This document shows positions 38,461 to 49,419 of a stretch of 64,000 bases of DNA, piece after piece. This stretch comes from an uncultured Planctomycetota bacterium (GTDB lineage: Bacteria > Planctomycetota > Planctomycetia > Isosphaerales > Isosphaeraceae): assembly GCA_963823665.1 (NCBI GenBank), contig CAWGMQ010000011.1, forward strand, positions 64,001 through 128,000. Direction: 5' to 3'. The first letter of the stretch is position 1, and each line of letters opens with the position of its first letter. A program made the position numbers and the translations under genes. A model generated the notes under the pieces. That model did no database searches. It had not been told where the DNA came from and saw only the letters and a list, made by a program, of their open reading frames with translations.

Positions 38461-40932
38461 ATGGCTGATCTTGCCCCCGCCACAATGGCCCCGTCGCTCG
38501 ACGTGCTCTTTCGCGAAGGTGCTCTGGGCAGCCTTAGCGATGGGCAACTTCTCGAGCGGTTTATGGTGTCGGGTTCCGCGGCCGGGAGTGTATTCGACGT
38601 TCTTGTCGCACGACACGGGCCGATGGTGCTTGGCGTGTGCCGGCGGATCTTGCGCGACGCCCACGCGGCGGAGGACGCGTTCCAGGTCACGTTCCTGGTT
38701 CTGGCGCGGCGGGCCGGCGCGATCCGGCAGCGCGAATCGCTGGGTCCGTGGCTCCACGGTGTGGCGAGGCGCGCCGCCTTGCGAGCCAGGGCAGCGGCCA
38801 GTCTGCGGCGCGAGCGCGAAGCCCGCGCCGCGATTCTCCACGACACGGTAGAGTGCGAGTGCGACCACGATGACCCAGGCGCCGCGCTCCACGCCGAAAT
38901 CGAGCGTCTGCCTGAGAAATACCGAGCGCCGATCGTACTGTGCTACATTCAGGGTCGAACGATTGGTGAGGCCTCGCGCGAGCTCGGCTGGCCGGTCGGC
39001 ACCGTCGGCGGCCGCCTGGCCCGTGCCCGTGATCGGCTGCGCGCGAGTCTCCAGAGGCAGGGGCTGTGCGCGCCGGTCGTCTTGAGCACAGTACTTTCGC
39101 CTGATCCCGGCCTGGCGCCGGCTGTTTCTCAGTCCCTGGCGCGCGCAACCCGCGATGCCGCGCTCGAGCTTGCCGCAAAACGAGGCACAACGACCGCACT
39201 ATACGCGGCGGCGGCAGGTCTGGTGGAGGAAACCATGCGAAGGGCCCTCGTTACGCGGCTCGTGATCGCCGCGCTCGGTTCTGGATTGGCCGGAGCCGTC
39301 GTGGTCGGGGCTTCCTTTCTGGGCGTGATTGCCGGCTCACCCGAGCTCTCGCAGTCGCGCGATCCGCGAGGGCCCGCGAAAACGCCGCCAGCGCCGGCTC
39401 GGCCGCGGCAATCTTCGCTCGTCGAGACGCTCAAGGATGCATCAAGCCTCGCCGACGGCGTGACGGACCCGGAAGAAAGCCTGAACGCGCACATGGCGCT
39501 GGCCTGGGCTCAGATCAAGAGCGGCGACCACCCAGGCGCGCGGGCGACGCTGGATCGTGCGGAGAAGATAACGACCGCGCTCGCCGCCGACGCGCGTTGT
39601 ATCGCGCGAGTTCGCATCGCCCACGCCCTCGGCGAATGTGGCGGCAAAGCTCGCGGGCTTGCGCTGCTTGCACAAACACGGGTCGAAGCCGAGGGCGTCG
39701 AAGCGCCGGGCCGGCCCTGGCCATTGAAATCAATCGCTCTCGCGCAATGCGACCTTGGCGACCGCGACGCCGCTCGAGCGACCATTCGGGCGCTCGACCT
39801 GGCGCTCTTGAGCGCCGAAGAACGGCGACGGGGAATCTGGAAATCCACACTTTCCACGCTCGCGGAAGCGCAGCTTTCCGTCGGAGACGTCGAAGCTGCG
39901 TTCAAGACATGCATGCCCAGTGTCGCCGGCGAAGGCGACAAAGCAGACGAATCGGGCAGGCTCCAGCAACAAGCGTGGATGTTGACGGAGCTCGCGTATC
40001 AGGCCGCTGACGGCAACCACAACAGGCGATCCGGTCTCGATCCGCCCAGAGTGCTGACCGCGGAGGAGCGGGCGAGCTGCCTGGCGGTTGTGCGCCGTGT
40101 CGTGGCCACTGTGGAATCGTTGCCTGAGCCAGATAGCCACCGCGCGTCACTGGTCGCCGCACTGGGTGAGCTCGGCGCCTTCGACGAAGCGATTCAGCTC
40201 GCCCGCCGAATCGACCAGAAACAAATTCACGATCCCAATCAGATCGACGCGATCTGGGCGCTCTGGCGGGTGGGTCTCGCTCAGGCAAAAGCAGGTCTAT
40301 TTGATGCAGCGCGGGCCACCTTGCGTGAAGCGGAACGCGTTGAAGTTCCACCGAAGGCCGACGCGGCGGGTAAACGATCTCGTCTGGCTAACGGTTTTCT
40401 TGCGGCGCGTGACTACGACGAGGTCATGAAAATCGCCGAGACACTCGAGCCCGGCGGGCGGGCGTCGATCCTGTCGCAGGTGGCCCGGCGCAGAAAGCTC
40501 GCCGGCGATCGCGACGGCGCCGAACAACTCTTCCGCCGCGCGATCCTGGATGCCGGTCGCTTCCGGCACATTCCTCCAAAGACCGAGCCGGAGAAACCGG
40601 GCCCTGCGCCGGCGACCCGTCCAAAGGCTCGGGAGGAAGATGGCCCGACCGATGCGAAAGCGCAGCATGAAATTGAATTCCTGTCTCTGCTCGCACAAAT
40701 CCAGGCCCGGGCCGGCGACTGGGACGCGTCTGTGAGGACCTTTGCCTCGATGTCGCCGGAGAGCCATCGCAAGCGGCTGACGGCGCTGTGGATCTCGATC
40801 ATCCGCACTCGTTCCGGCGATGCTTCCGGCGCACTGGCCTGGGCCCGGTCGCTTTCCTCACCGTCGCTGCGCGCGTGGGCCCTCCGCGGGCTGGCGGTGG
40901 GAATTTTCGGTGGTGAATCATCCGTTGAGTAG
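38461..40932 (+). CDS. ECF sigma-70 family factor with TM helix and helical-repeat (TPR-like) C-terminal extension
   Basis: LSDGQLLERF, RHGPMVLGVCRR, AEDAFQVTFLVL, RLPEKYRAPIVLCY..GWPVGTV; TM LVIAALGSGLAGAVVVG; repeated A.AQ...GD..AA helices. Confidence 0.9.
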   Translation: MADLAPATMAPSLDVLFREGALGSLSDGQLLERFMVSGSAAGSVFDVLVARHGPMVLGVCRRILRDAHAAEDAFQVTFLVLARRAGAIRQRESLGPWLHGVARRAALRARAAASLRREREARAAILHDTVECECDHDDPGAALHAEIERLPEKYRAPIVLCYIQGRTIGEASRELGWPVGTVGGRLARARDRLRASLQRQGLCAPVVLSTVLSPDPGLAPAVSQSLARATRDAALELAAKRGTTTALYAAAAGLVEETMRRALVTRLVIAALGSGLAGAVVVGASFLGVIAGSPELSQSRDPRGPAKTPPAPARPRQSSLVETLKDASSLADGVTDPEESLNAHMALAWAQIKSGDHPGARATLDRAEKITTALAADARCIARVRIAHALGECGGKARGLALLAQTRVEAEGVEAPGRPWPLKSIALAQCDLGDRDAARATIRALDLALLSAEERRRGIWKSTLSTLAEAQLSVGDVEAAFKTCMPSVAGEGDKADESGRLQQQAWMLTELAYQAADGNHNRRSGLDPPRVLTAEERASCLAVVRRVVATVESLPEPDSHRASLVAALGELGAFDEAIQLARRIDQKQIHDPNQIDAIWALWRVGLAQAKAGLFDAARATLREAERVEVPPKADAAGKRSRLANGFLAARDYDEVMKIAETLEPGGRASILSQVARRRKLAGDRDGAEQLFRRAILDAGRFRHIPPKTEPEKPGPAPATRPKAREEDGPTDAKAQHEIEFLSLLAQIQARAGDWDASVRTFASMSPESHRKRLTALWISIIRTRSGDASGALAWARSLSSPSLRAWALRGLAVGIFGGESSVE

Positions 40933-40989
40933 GAACGGACCGATGATGACGAGCGCGCCGGAGTTTCGACTGGCCTGTCGATGATCCGA

Positions 40990-43152
40990 TCAGCCCTTCT
41001 TGTCCTTGGGAGCCTTGCTCCGCGCGGCGAGCTCGCGCTCGACGTCGATCAAGAGCGGTGTGCCCTCGAGATTCGCGTCGCGAGCCACGGTTGAAAGGGC
41101 CGCGGGCAAGCGGGGGTCATCGAGCGCGACGAGCGCTTCCAGAGCGGCGGTGCGCACGCCCGGTGACGCGTCGGCATCGGCCAGCAGTGCGGCGAGGCGA
41201 TCGCGGATCGGTTCGGACTTGAGCTCGGGTCGAGCGAGCAGCTTGGCGGCGGCCTGTGTGGCGGCGATCACGCGCTCCTCGCTGCGCGAGCCGATTGCTT
41301 CTTGCACGACCGGCAATGCCTCGGGGGAGGCCAGGTATCCCAGGCCGACCAGAGCTGAAGGCGCGAGTGGATCGCCCGGAACGCGCGCCAGCTCGAGCAG
41401 CTTGGGCGTGATATCTGCTTGGCCCAGCCGTGCCAGTGCGCGGACGACCGCGGCGTTCCAGGCCAGGTCGTTCGAGGTTTGCCAGATGCGCCTGAGCTCG
41501 GGGACGGCGCGGGGATCGGCAACGGCGCCCAGGGCCTCGACGGCCTGGTCGCGGAGGTTGATTTGCGATAAGTGCTCGATCGCCTGGGAATATCCGTCGC
41601 GGAAGCCGTGGCGGCCGAGGAACGCGATCAACTCGAGCTTGCGGGCGAGGTCGGCTTCCTCGTCGAGATGCGGCCACAGGGCACTTGCGGCCTCATCGCT
41701 GTCGATCCGGCGCAATGCCTCGGTCGCGTAGTAGCGAATCTGCGGCTGGCGGGGGTCGAGCAGGGTCGAAACCGCCGAAACCACGCGCGGGTCGGCAACA
41801 ACGGCGCAGGCGTAAGCAAAAGCGAGCGATTCCGATATGTTGAGCGGGTGGTTCCAGGCTTTCAGGAGCTCCGGAGTCGCGAGCGGGGCGGGCAGAGTGG
41901 CGAGGAGGTAGATTTCCTGCTCGACCCCAAGGCCGGCGGCCCCCTTGGCGGCCAGCCGCGCCGTGATGAGCCGCGCGGCGCCTTGCGGATCGATCTTCAC
42001 GAGAGCACGTCCGGCGGCCTCCTGCAATTCGGGCGGCGAGTCGAGCGGCATGGTTTCGAACGCCCGGGTGACCGCGTCTTTCTGATCCGCGGGCGCGAGG
42101 CTGGCAATCGCCCGCAGGCGTGCGCCTGTTTCCAGAAGGGTCGTCGGCGTGCGTGCAGTTTTGAGCCAGGCCAGTGCGACCGGGTCTCGCCCGGCACTTT
42201 CGCCGCAGGCGCCGAGGGCGTCGATGAGCGCGACGCGCACGGCGACGTCGGGCCCGGCGGTCTCAAGAGCCGTAACGATTGCCTTGGCCACCTCGGATCG
42301 GCCGGGCCCCTGCCCTGTGCGATCGGCACTGAGCATGGCGGCGAGAGTGCGAGCGGCGACTTCTCGGGTCGAGACCATGGTGCTTTTCAGAAGAGGAAGG
42401 ATTGTCTCGGTGACCCCCGGCGCCCGGGCGGCCAGAAGCGCGCGGCGGGAGAGCGCCAGGAGCAGCGGCGAAACGGCGCGCCCCGATGCCTTCTTGACCG
42501 CATCGCGCAAGAGCTCGACGCGCGCGAGCCGGTCTCGCAGGCGGGTCATCGCAATCAAGGCGTCGACGGCCGGGAGCAGTGGGTCGTCCTTGCCTTCGAG
42601 ACGCGGAATCGACTGACCGAGCGTCGGCGCATTACAGCAATTGAAGTAGTTCTGGCCCTGGCGCCCGAGAAGAACGAGCATGAGCTGGCCGCGAGGCAAG
42701 CGCTCGGACCCACCCGCGAACCGATAAATGCCCAGATCTTGACCGGTGAGCAGCAGCGCTTCACGCGCAAAAATACCCTTCAACACGCGAACCGGCTCGA
42801 ACCGGTATTGCTCGGTGACCTGCACGTCGCGTCCCCCGTGCACGATCTTCGTCTCGGTGACGTCGACGAGCCGCACCGCCAGGATCAATTCGGCCTGAGC
42901 CACGGCGGGCTCGAGTTCGAGCACATCGGGCCGGTTGACCTGCGGAGGGGCCGGCCGCGGTATCGGAGAAACGATCTCGGTCAGCCTGCTCTTGGCCGGG
43001 ACGCGAGGCCCGACTTGTGCCTGAGCGCGCATCGGCATGCAGAGGAGCACAAAGACCGAGGCAGTCGTGGCTGCGCTTACAAGAGCGAGCTTCGCGACGA
43101 GCGGCAACGCGCTGCGATCTTTGCCTGCCATCGTGTAGGACCGGGAGCGCAT
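40990..43152 (-). CDS. Exported HEAT-repeat protein
   Basis: Signal-like N-terminus and multiple R..A..ALG HEAT/PBS-lyase-like repeats. Confidence 0.8.
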   Translation of the reverse strand: MRSRSYTMAGKDRSALPLVAKLALVSAATTASVFVLLCMPMRAQAQVGPRVPAKSRLTEIVSPIPRPAPPQVNRPDVLELEPAVAQAELILAVRLVDVTETKIVHGGRDVQVTEQYRFEPVRVLKGIFAREALLLTGQDLGIYRFAGGSERLPRGQLMLVLLGRQGQNYFNCCNAPTLGQSIPRLEGKDDPLLPAVDALIAMTRLRDRLARVELLRDAVKKASGRAVSPLLLALSRRALLAARAPGVTETILPLLKSTMVSTREVAARTLAAMLSADRTGQGPGRSEVAKAIVTALETAGPDVAVRVALIDALGACGESAGRDPVALAWLKTARTPTTLLETGARLRAIASLAPADQKDAVTRAFETMPLDSPPELQEAAGRALVKIDPQGAARLITARLAAKGAAGLGVEQEIYLLATLPAPLATPELLKAWNHPLNISESLAFAYACAVVADPRVVSAVSTLLDPRQPQIRYYATEALRRIDSDEAASALWPHLDEEADLARKLELIAFLGRHGFRDGYSQAIEHLSQINLRDQAVEALGAVADPRAVPELRRIWQTSNDLAWNAAVVRALARLGQADITPKLLELARVPGDPLAPSALVGLGYLASPEALPVVQEAIGSRSEERVIAATQAAAKLLARPELKSEPIRDRLAALLADADASPGVRTAALEALVALDDPRLPAALSTVARDANLEGTPLLIDVERELAARSKAPKDKKG

Positions 43153-43243
43153 AACGGGTCACTCCTTTGATGAACCGGGGATCGAATGAGATCTCGTAAG
43201 TAGTATAGGCGTAAACCACGCTGACAGCGCGCGGGTTTCGATG

Positions 43244-43266
43244 CTTGTTACAAAACTTGTTACAAA
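43244..43266 (-). promoter_or_regulatory. Tandem 11-bp direct repeat (TTTGTAACAAG x2), probable regulator site
   Basis: Plus strand CTTGTTACAAA at 43244-43254 and 43256-43266. A TATACT -10 lies at 43207-43202 on the minus strand with no good -35. Confidence 0.45.
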
Positions 43267-46214
43267 TGCGGGTCCCGAGCCGAAGATCGGTTCTTGCTGT
43301 TGCTGGCAGGGCGCGCATCCGGCATGTGAATGATCACCGCCGGTGAGGGCCAGCGGCGTCTTTCCTTGACAACAGCGTCCGGAGGCTACGCAGCAGACGC
43401 TTGACGCGCGAGAACCGGCGCGCACGGCTACATTCGAGCCGGAAGCTCGCGACCAGCGGATGGACGTCGTGGTCAAAAAGCGCTTTCTCGAAAACTCGCT
43501 CGGCCTGGCGGGCGAATCCGCGATCAATGTATGCCTTGACGACTTGTTCAAAAGGCCAGGCCGGGATGGCTGATGGCGCGTGACAAAGCCTCAAGAGTGC
43601 GGTCTGAGCGGTGAACAGCTCTTCGCGGGCAAGAGCCAAGAGCACTTCGCGAGCGTCACTGAATGCGCCGGGGTGCTGCATCTTGAGTGATGCGAGGGCA
43701 TCTGCGGCGGCCAGTTCGTTATTTTCGAGCTCAAGATCGAAGAGCTTGAGCGCGGGGTAGGCGTAGTCGGGAGCCTTCGAAGTGCGCGGCGGAAATCAAC
43801 TCGCGCACCAGGCACGTCGCCAGACTTCATCCGGGCGTGGCCGCGGTAGGCCGCTGCGGTCGGATCCTCGGGTGCGAGTCGAACCATCGCCTCGGCGGCC
43901 TCGAGGTAATCAACTGGCGTGCCGTGATTGCAGGTCCAGACTGCCAGGTGATGCCAGCCCCAGTAGTAGTCAGGGTCTTCCGCAAGGACGTCTTGCATTC
44001 GTGCCATTGCCCAGGCCACTTCGCCTCGCTCCGCGAGAATCCAGGCCGCGCGGCCGCGCAGACGAAGAGGTGCTTGCTCGCGGCAGATCGCCGGACGGCA
44101 CGCATCTTCGGCTTCGTCCCACCGCCCGGCCTGGGCCAGGGTCTCTGCTTTCAAATCGTATGCCTCCCATCGGTGCGGCTCGAGTGCGATCGTGCGGTCA
44201 AGCGCGGCGAGGCGCTCGGCGCGGTCGGCAGGCTCGCAGAGCGTGTTTGCCAGTCGGAGAAACACGGCGGGGTCGCCCGCGCGAGTTTCCGCGAACACCC
44301 GCGCCAGCTCGACGGGAGCGGAGGGCCGGCCCATCTCGTGCGCCCAGGCGTGCAGCGTGTCCCACGCCCAGTCATCATCGGGCTCGAGCTTGAGCGCCTG
44401 AACCAGGCGCTCGATCGCGTATTCTTTCTCGCCCGAGAGCCAGAGTGCTTCGGCCAGGCATCGGTGGTTGGCGGCGTCGAGAGGCGAATGGCCGATTGCC
44501 TGTTCGAGGACGGAGCGTGCCTCCTGGAGGCGATCCTCGTTCTTGAGGGCTGTGTACAACTGGCGGGACGCCTGGCACCAGCCGGGGCTGATGCGCAGCG
44601 CTCGCCTGATCGCTTCGATTTCGAGGGGGCGTTCCTGGCGGCAGCGACGAACCGTCGCTAGGTCGAGCCAGATTCTCGGCAGCAGCGGGAAGAGCCCGGC
44701 GGCGCGCTCGGCGAGCTCGACAGCCTCATCGAGGCATTTCCGGCGTGAAAGCTCGGCGATCAAGGCCGACCAGGTATGCCACAGGTCGGGTCGGACTTCG
44801 AGCGCCAGTCGAAGAGTGGTCAACAAGTCGTCGCCCTCGAGCACCTCACGCGCACAATTAGCGAAGGCGAGCAGGCCCTCGCCAAAAATCACCTGCTCGG
44901 TGAGCTGGCGGTCGATGAACCGAACGGCTTCAACGCGGGCGGCGCGATTATCGCAGCATTCGATCAGGCCGGAGATCGCGTATTCGTCGTCGGCCGAGCG
45001 TGCGATCGCTTCTCTGAAAGCTTGGCGCGCCAGCTCGCGATGTCCGGCCCGTCGCAGGAGGTCGCCGCGGATGTGGGCTTCGGTTGCGCTTGTCGGATCG
45101 AGCTCGGAAGCGAATTTCATGGCTCTCAGGGCTTCATCGTGGCGCCCCTGCCGTGAAAGGATGATGGCGAGCTCGCGCTGGCCCCAGGCATCGGCGGGCT
45201 GCATCTCGAGAAGATTGCGGACGGCAAGCTCGGCGACGGCGGGTTCCTCGGTGCGCAACCATTCGATGCGGGTTTGATGCAATGGGAGGTTGTGGGGAAA
45301 CCGCTCGCAAGCCAGGGCCAGATGATCGAGGGCGGCAACCCGGCTGGTCGTCTCGGCGAGCAGCCGAGCGGCGGCGCGGTTGGCGTCGACCGCCCAGGGC
45401 TCGGTTTCGAGCACGTGCTGCCATAGCTCGAGTGCGCCGGGCAGGTCGCCGCGCATGGACGCGAGCTGCGCCTCGGTGCGCACCCAATCGCCGGGCCGGC
45501 AGTGGCCCTCAGCCCCGTCTAGAAGCTCGCCGGCCTTCTGGAACTCGCCGTTGCCCGCGTAGGACCGGGCAAGGAAGAGAAGCAGGTCGCCGTCACCGGG
45601 GCGCGCACGCACGGCTTCCTCGAGCACACCGAAGGCCTCGGGACGCCGCTCGAGCTCGGAAAGTGCCCAGAACAGGGTGCGAGCGGGCGAGGCCGAGCGC
45701 GCGATGAATCGACGAAATCGACCCTCCAGGAAGCGCAGCGTTTCTTGCTCCCGATGCAAGTGTCGTGCTGCAATCCAGTAGCTGCGTGCCAGCGCCTCGT
45801 CCTTGTCGTCGAGGCAGGCGGCGAAACGGTAGAGCTCGAGTGCTTCGTTCCAGTGACGCTGGCCCCACCGGGCTTCGGCCAGGACCCAGATGCTGATTGC
45901 GTCGAACGGGCGCACCCGCAGCACATGCTCGATGAGCGACTCTGTTGCCGAAAGCTCGCGAGCGTCGACCTGGAGCTCGCGGGCATACTCCCGGCGCAAG
46001 ATCGGGTCGGCGCCCGATTTGCTGCAGAGCTCGCGATAGCAGGCCAAACGGGCGTCGCGACGACCTGAGACGCGCAGGAGTGCCAGTTGAGCAAGTCGAA
46101 GGTTCGTGTCATCGGGATAGAGCTCGAGCAGCTCCTCCACCGCGCGGAGCATTCCGGCGGAGTCTGCGTCATAATGCGCCAGGGCCTGACGCGCCTTGAG
46201 CTCGAGGCGATGGC

Positions 46215-47779
46215 CTTTGTCCTTACCATCATTTTCTGGTGGTCATAGGTGCGATTCCCCGGCCTTTTCCCGGCTTTTCTCGCTTCGCACCTGGTAATAT
46301 CAAGCCAAGCCACACGCTGAGGTGGGGGGGAGGGATCGCGTTTCAACCGCCGGAGCCTCGGATGGACGCCTTTCTTTCAGATGCGCAGACTTGGGCCATG
46401 ACCCAATTCGCCACCACTGATCTTCATGACGAACGCCGTACCAAACGACTCGTTCTGTTGGCAACGCAGATCGCCGCAGATCCGTCCGGGAGTTTTCCTC
46501 AGCAAACCGAATCCTGGAATGATCTGAGGGCCGCATACAATTTCTTCGATTGTGAGGACGTCACCTTTCAAGCGATCGCCAGTCACCATTGGGAGCTTAC
46601 CAAGAAGACAGCAGGTGAGCGTCAATTGATCATCGCAGACACGACCGAAATCGATTACGGGCCGTGCCGACAGGTCACAGGTCTTTCGCCGGTTGGTTCG
46701 GGTATCGGACAAGGCTTTCACCTTCACTCGGGTTTGATGGTTTCCCCCGAAGACGACCGGGTTCACGGCTTGGCCGGACAACTGATCTATCATCGTCAGC
46801 GCGTTCGTAAGGGGGAGACGCGGACCGAACGGTTGCAGCGTGACGATCGCGAATCACAGATCTGGGGTGATCTTGTCATCCAAATGGGATCCCCGCCGTC
46901 GGGAACCTCCTGGATTCACGTAGTTGATCGTGGCGCCGACGACTTTGAGTTTTTCTATCACTGCCAGCAGACAGAAACCGAATGGGTGGCGCGAGCCAAG
47001 AGCCTGATCCGGATCATTATCACGCCGGAGAGCGGGGAAACGCCGCTGAAAGCCTACTTAGGGACCCTGCCGCGGGCTGGATGTTACACGCTCAATCTGC
47101 GGGCTCGCCCCAAAGCACCGGCTCGGACGGCCAAGCTGGTGGTCGCCATCGGGGCCTTACGGATGCCGACGCCGAAACTCAAAAGCCCATTTCTGAAGCA
47201 GGTCAAGCCCGCGGCGATCCCCATGTGGGTCGTCTGGGTGCGCGAGGTAGATGCTCCCGACGGAGTGGAGGCGATCGAGTGGGTGCTTTACACTTCTTTG
47301 CTGGTGGAGGATTTTGAAGATGCTATGGCGATCGTGGGGTACTACGGGAAGAGGTGGCTAATCGAGGAGTGGCACAAGGTCCTGAAAACAGGCTTTCAAG
47401 TAGAACGTCGCCAGCTCAAGACGTGCGATCGTCTCGAAGCCATGATGGGATTGATGTCTGTGGAAGCACTGCGGTTGTTCCAGTTGAAGGGAATGGCGCG
47501 GACAGCTCCCGAGCAGCCTGCGACCGAGGTGGTACCGCCCAAATACGTGATGATGCTGAAGGTGGTGCGCAGATTGGCGCCCACGACAATATTAACTGCG
47601 GGAGGATTTTTTCGGGAGTTGGCCAAGCTGGGAGGGTTCCTGGGCCGCCGCCACGATGGGGAGCCAGGTTGGATGACGATCTGGCGGGGTTGGGACAAGC
47701 TGCAGATCATGATCCGGGGCGCCGAGGCTATCATCGACGTATCTTCATCGGTATGATGAAGATGATGGTAAGGACAAAG
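46215..47779 (+). mobile_element. IS4-family insertion sequence (IS50-like), 1565 bp
   Basis: Terminal inverted repeats CTTTGTCCTTACCATCAT (18/18; 21/22 if extended). Direct repeat GCGATGGC at 46207-46214 and 47780-47787. Confidence 0.95.
46362..47756 (+). CDS. IS4-family DDE transposase (Tn5/IS50-like)
   Basis: WA..QF..DL.D.RR..RL DNA-binding domain; DTTE, DRGAD, YGKRWLIEEWHKVLKTG (YREK signature); C-terminal LGGFLGRRHDGEPGWMTIWRGW dimerisation domain. Confidence 0.95.
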   Translation: MDAFLSDAQTWAMTQFATTDLHDERRTKRLVLLATQIAADPSGSFPQQTESWNDLRAAYNFFDCEDVTFQAIASHHWELTKKTAGERQLIIADTTEIDYGPCRQVTGLSPVGSGIGQGFHLHSGLMVSPEDDRVHGLAGQLIYHRQRVRKGETRTERLQRDDRESQIWGDLVIQMGSPPSGTSWIHVVDRGADDFEFFYHCQQTETEWVARAKSLIRIIITPESGETPLKAYLGTLPRAGCYTLNLRARPKAPARTAKLVVAIGALRMPTPKLKSPFLKQVKPAAIPMWVVWVREVDAPDGVEAIEWVLYTSLLVEDFEDAMAIVGYYGKRWLIEEWHKVLKTGFQVERRQLKTCDRLEAMMGLMSVEALRLFQLKGMARTAPEQPATEVVPPKYVMMLKVVRRLAPTTILTAGGFFRELAKLGGFLGRRHDGEPGWMTIWRGWDKLQIMIRGAEAIIDVSSSV

Positions 47780-49390
47780 GCGATGGCCCGGGGCGGCGTT
47801 TTCCAGTGATCTGTGTTCTTGTGCGGCCCCTTCTCGATCGTGTTTTTCGAGCGCGATCTGCAATCGATGGAGCTTGTCGTAAAGAGGAGCAGCGGGAAAC
47901 TCGAGCCCGTCGAGCAGTTGAGCGCGATCGCGCGGCACGAGGGCCATCCCGCGCGGGCCGACCGAGCGGTAGCGAGCCAGGAATGGCTCGACGAGCACTT
48001 CCCGGTCGGCGGGGAGTGTCGGGTCGCGGATGAACAGGGTTCCGCGCTTCTCGTCGTAGCCAATCACCGCCTGGAGATGGGCACTCTGGGTTTCAACCGT
48101 CGCCAGTGTGAATGGAACTTCTCGGTCCAAGAGCGCGACGGCTGTTTCCCAGGTGAGGGTGAACTCGCATGTGACGAATCCGTTCCGCTCGGCCCATGCG
48201 CGTTCGCGGTGATTGGGCGTGCCGTCGTAGCAGATCGCATCGGCGACCTCGAGATGATCGGCCTCTTTCCCCCAGTATCGCCCGGTGGCTGCCAGAGTCG
48301 CGGGAGCACAGGTTTGATGATGCTGACGCACGAAGTCGACATCCAGAAGTGCTCGCCGCCTCCCGATTTCGGGGTTCTCGAGCCGGGCGGCGATGGCGAG
48401 GAAGAATGGGTCGCCACTCTCCTTCGCCAGTGCTGCGGCGGTCGAGATTTCTCCGCAGCCGTAGGCGGCGTCACTGCGCCGGCCGAGCAGCCAGCTCCGC
48501 AGGCGGCGCTCGATCAGCGGGGCGCTTGACGCGAAGCGCTCCCAGGTCCGGCGAGCATCCGCATGGCGGCCGAGATCGTCCTCGAGCGTGCCTTGCTGGG
48601 CCAGGAGCAGCGCGCTTTCGATTCGCTCTGATGCGGCGGCCAGGAGCTCAATTGCCTCCGGCTGTCTGTCGAGAAGCTCGAGCAAATGCGCGACCGATTG
48701 GATTCCGGACCGGCACCACGGCTCAATTTCGAGCGATTGTCGCGCCGCGGCCAGGGCGTCGTCATAGCGGTCTTCAAGCTCATAGAGGTCGGCGCGCGCG
48801 ACCAGGAGCCAGGCGCGGCGGGCGCGAGCTGCTCAGCGCGGGCAAGCCATAGCTCGGCGGCGTCGAAATCACGCAGGCGCGCCAACGTAACCGCGTGGGT
48901 TCCCAGCCAGTCGGACCGGATCAGATCCGGAGCTTCGTCGAGCGAACCGACATCCTTCAAGAATCGCCAAGCTCTGAGAGGACCGCGCTGCGCGAGGAAA
49001 TTCCACGCGTGGCAGCAGCATGCGGACGGATCGGTTGGATCGGTGCGCCAAGCGCGATAATGAAGGGCCATACCGAGCCGTGGCGCTCCCAGATGGGGCG
49101 CCAACCGACCCGCGAGCAGCAGCTCGTCCCGACCGCGCCATTGCGAAAGCTCTCCAAACCGGCTCGCGGCCTCGAACGCGCGAAAGCAAGAACCGTCCTC
49201 GTAGAGCGCGCGGATGCGAGCCAGGTCGTCGGCTGGAACCGATGGCAGGCGCTGCTGCGCGAGCATCAACATCGGCGCGCCCTCGCACAGAAAGTCGACA
49301 ATCTCAAACGAAGGCCGGGGCGGGGCTCCGCGAATTCCAATCCTATTATCAGTTGGCACCATTTGGTCACAACGGCCTGGTGGTGAATTA

Positions 49391-49419
49391 TTGACATCTC
49401 AATCGGACCAGACGAGAAT
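49391..49419 (+). promoter_or_regulatory. Sigma70 promoter TTGACA-N17-GAGAAT upstream of the YDG-repeat gene
   Basis: Perfect -35 at 49391-49396, 17-nt spacer, -10 at 49414-49419, in an AT-richer intergenic region. Confidence 0.55.

Larger units (their letters stand above)
43334..49272 (-). pseudogene. Large TPR-repeat protein with C39-like cysteine peptidase domain, interrupted by an IS4-family element
   Basis: FVRQHHQTCAPATL (catalytic Cys) and AHLQAVIGYD...IRDP (His/Asp). Removing the IS plus one target copy restores ENAAPGHRL-ELKARQALAHY in frame. Additional frameshifts near 48820 and 43778. Confidence 0.85.

Noticed and set aside
41572..43170. 532-aa plus-strand ORF
   Set aside because: Antisense to the HEAT-repeat gene.
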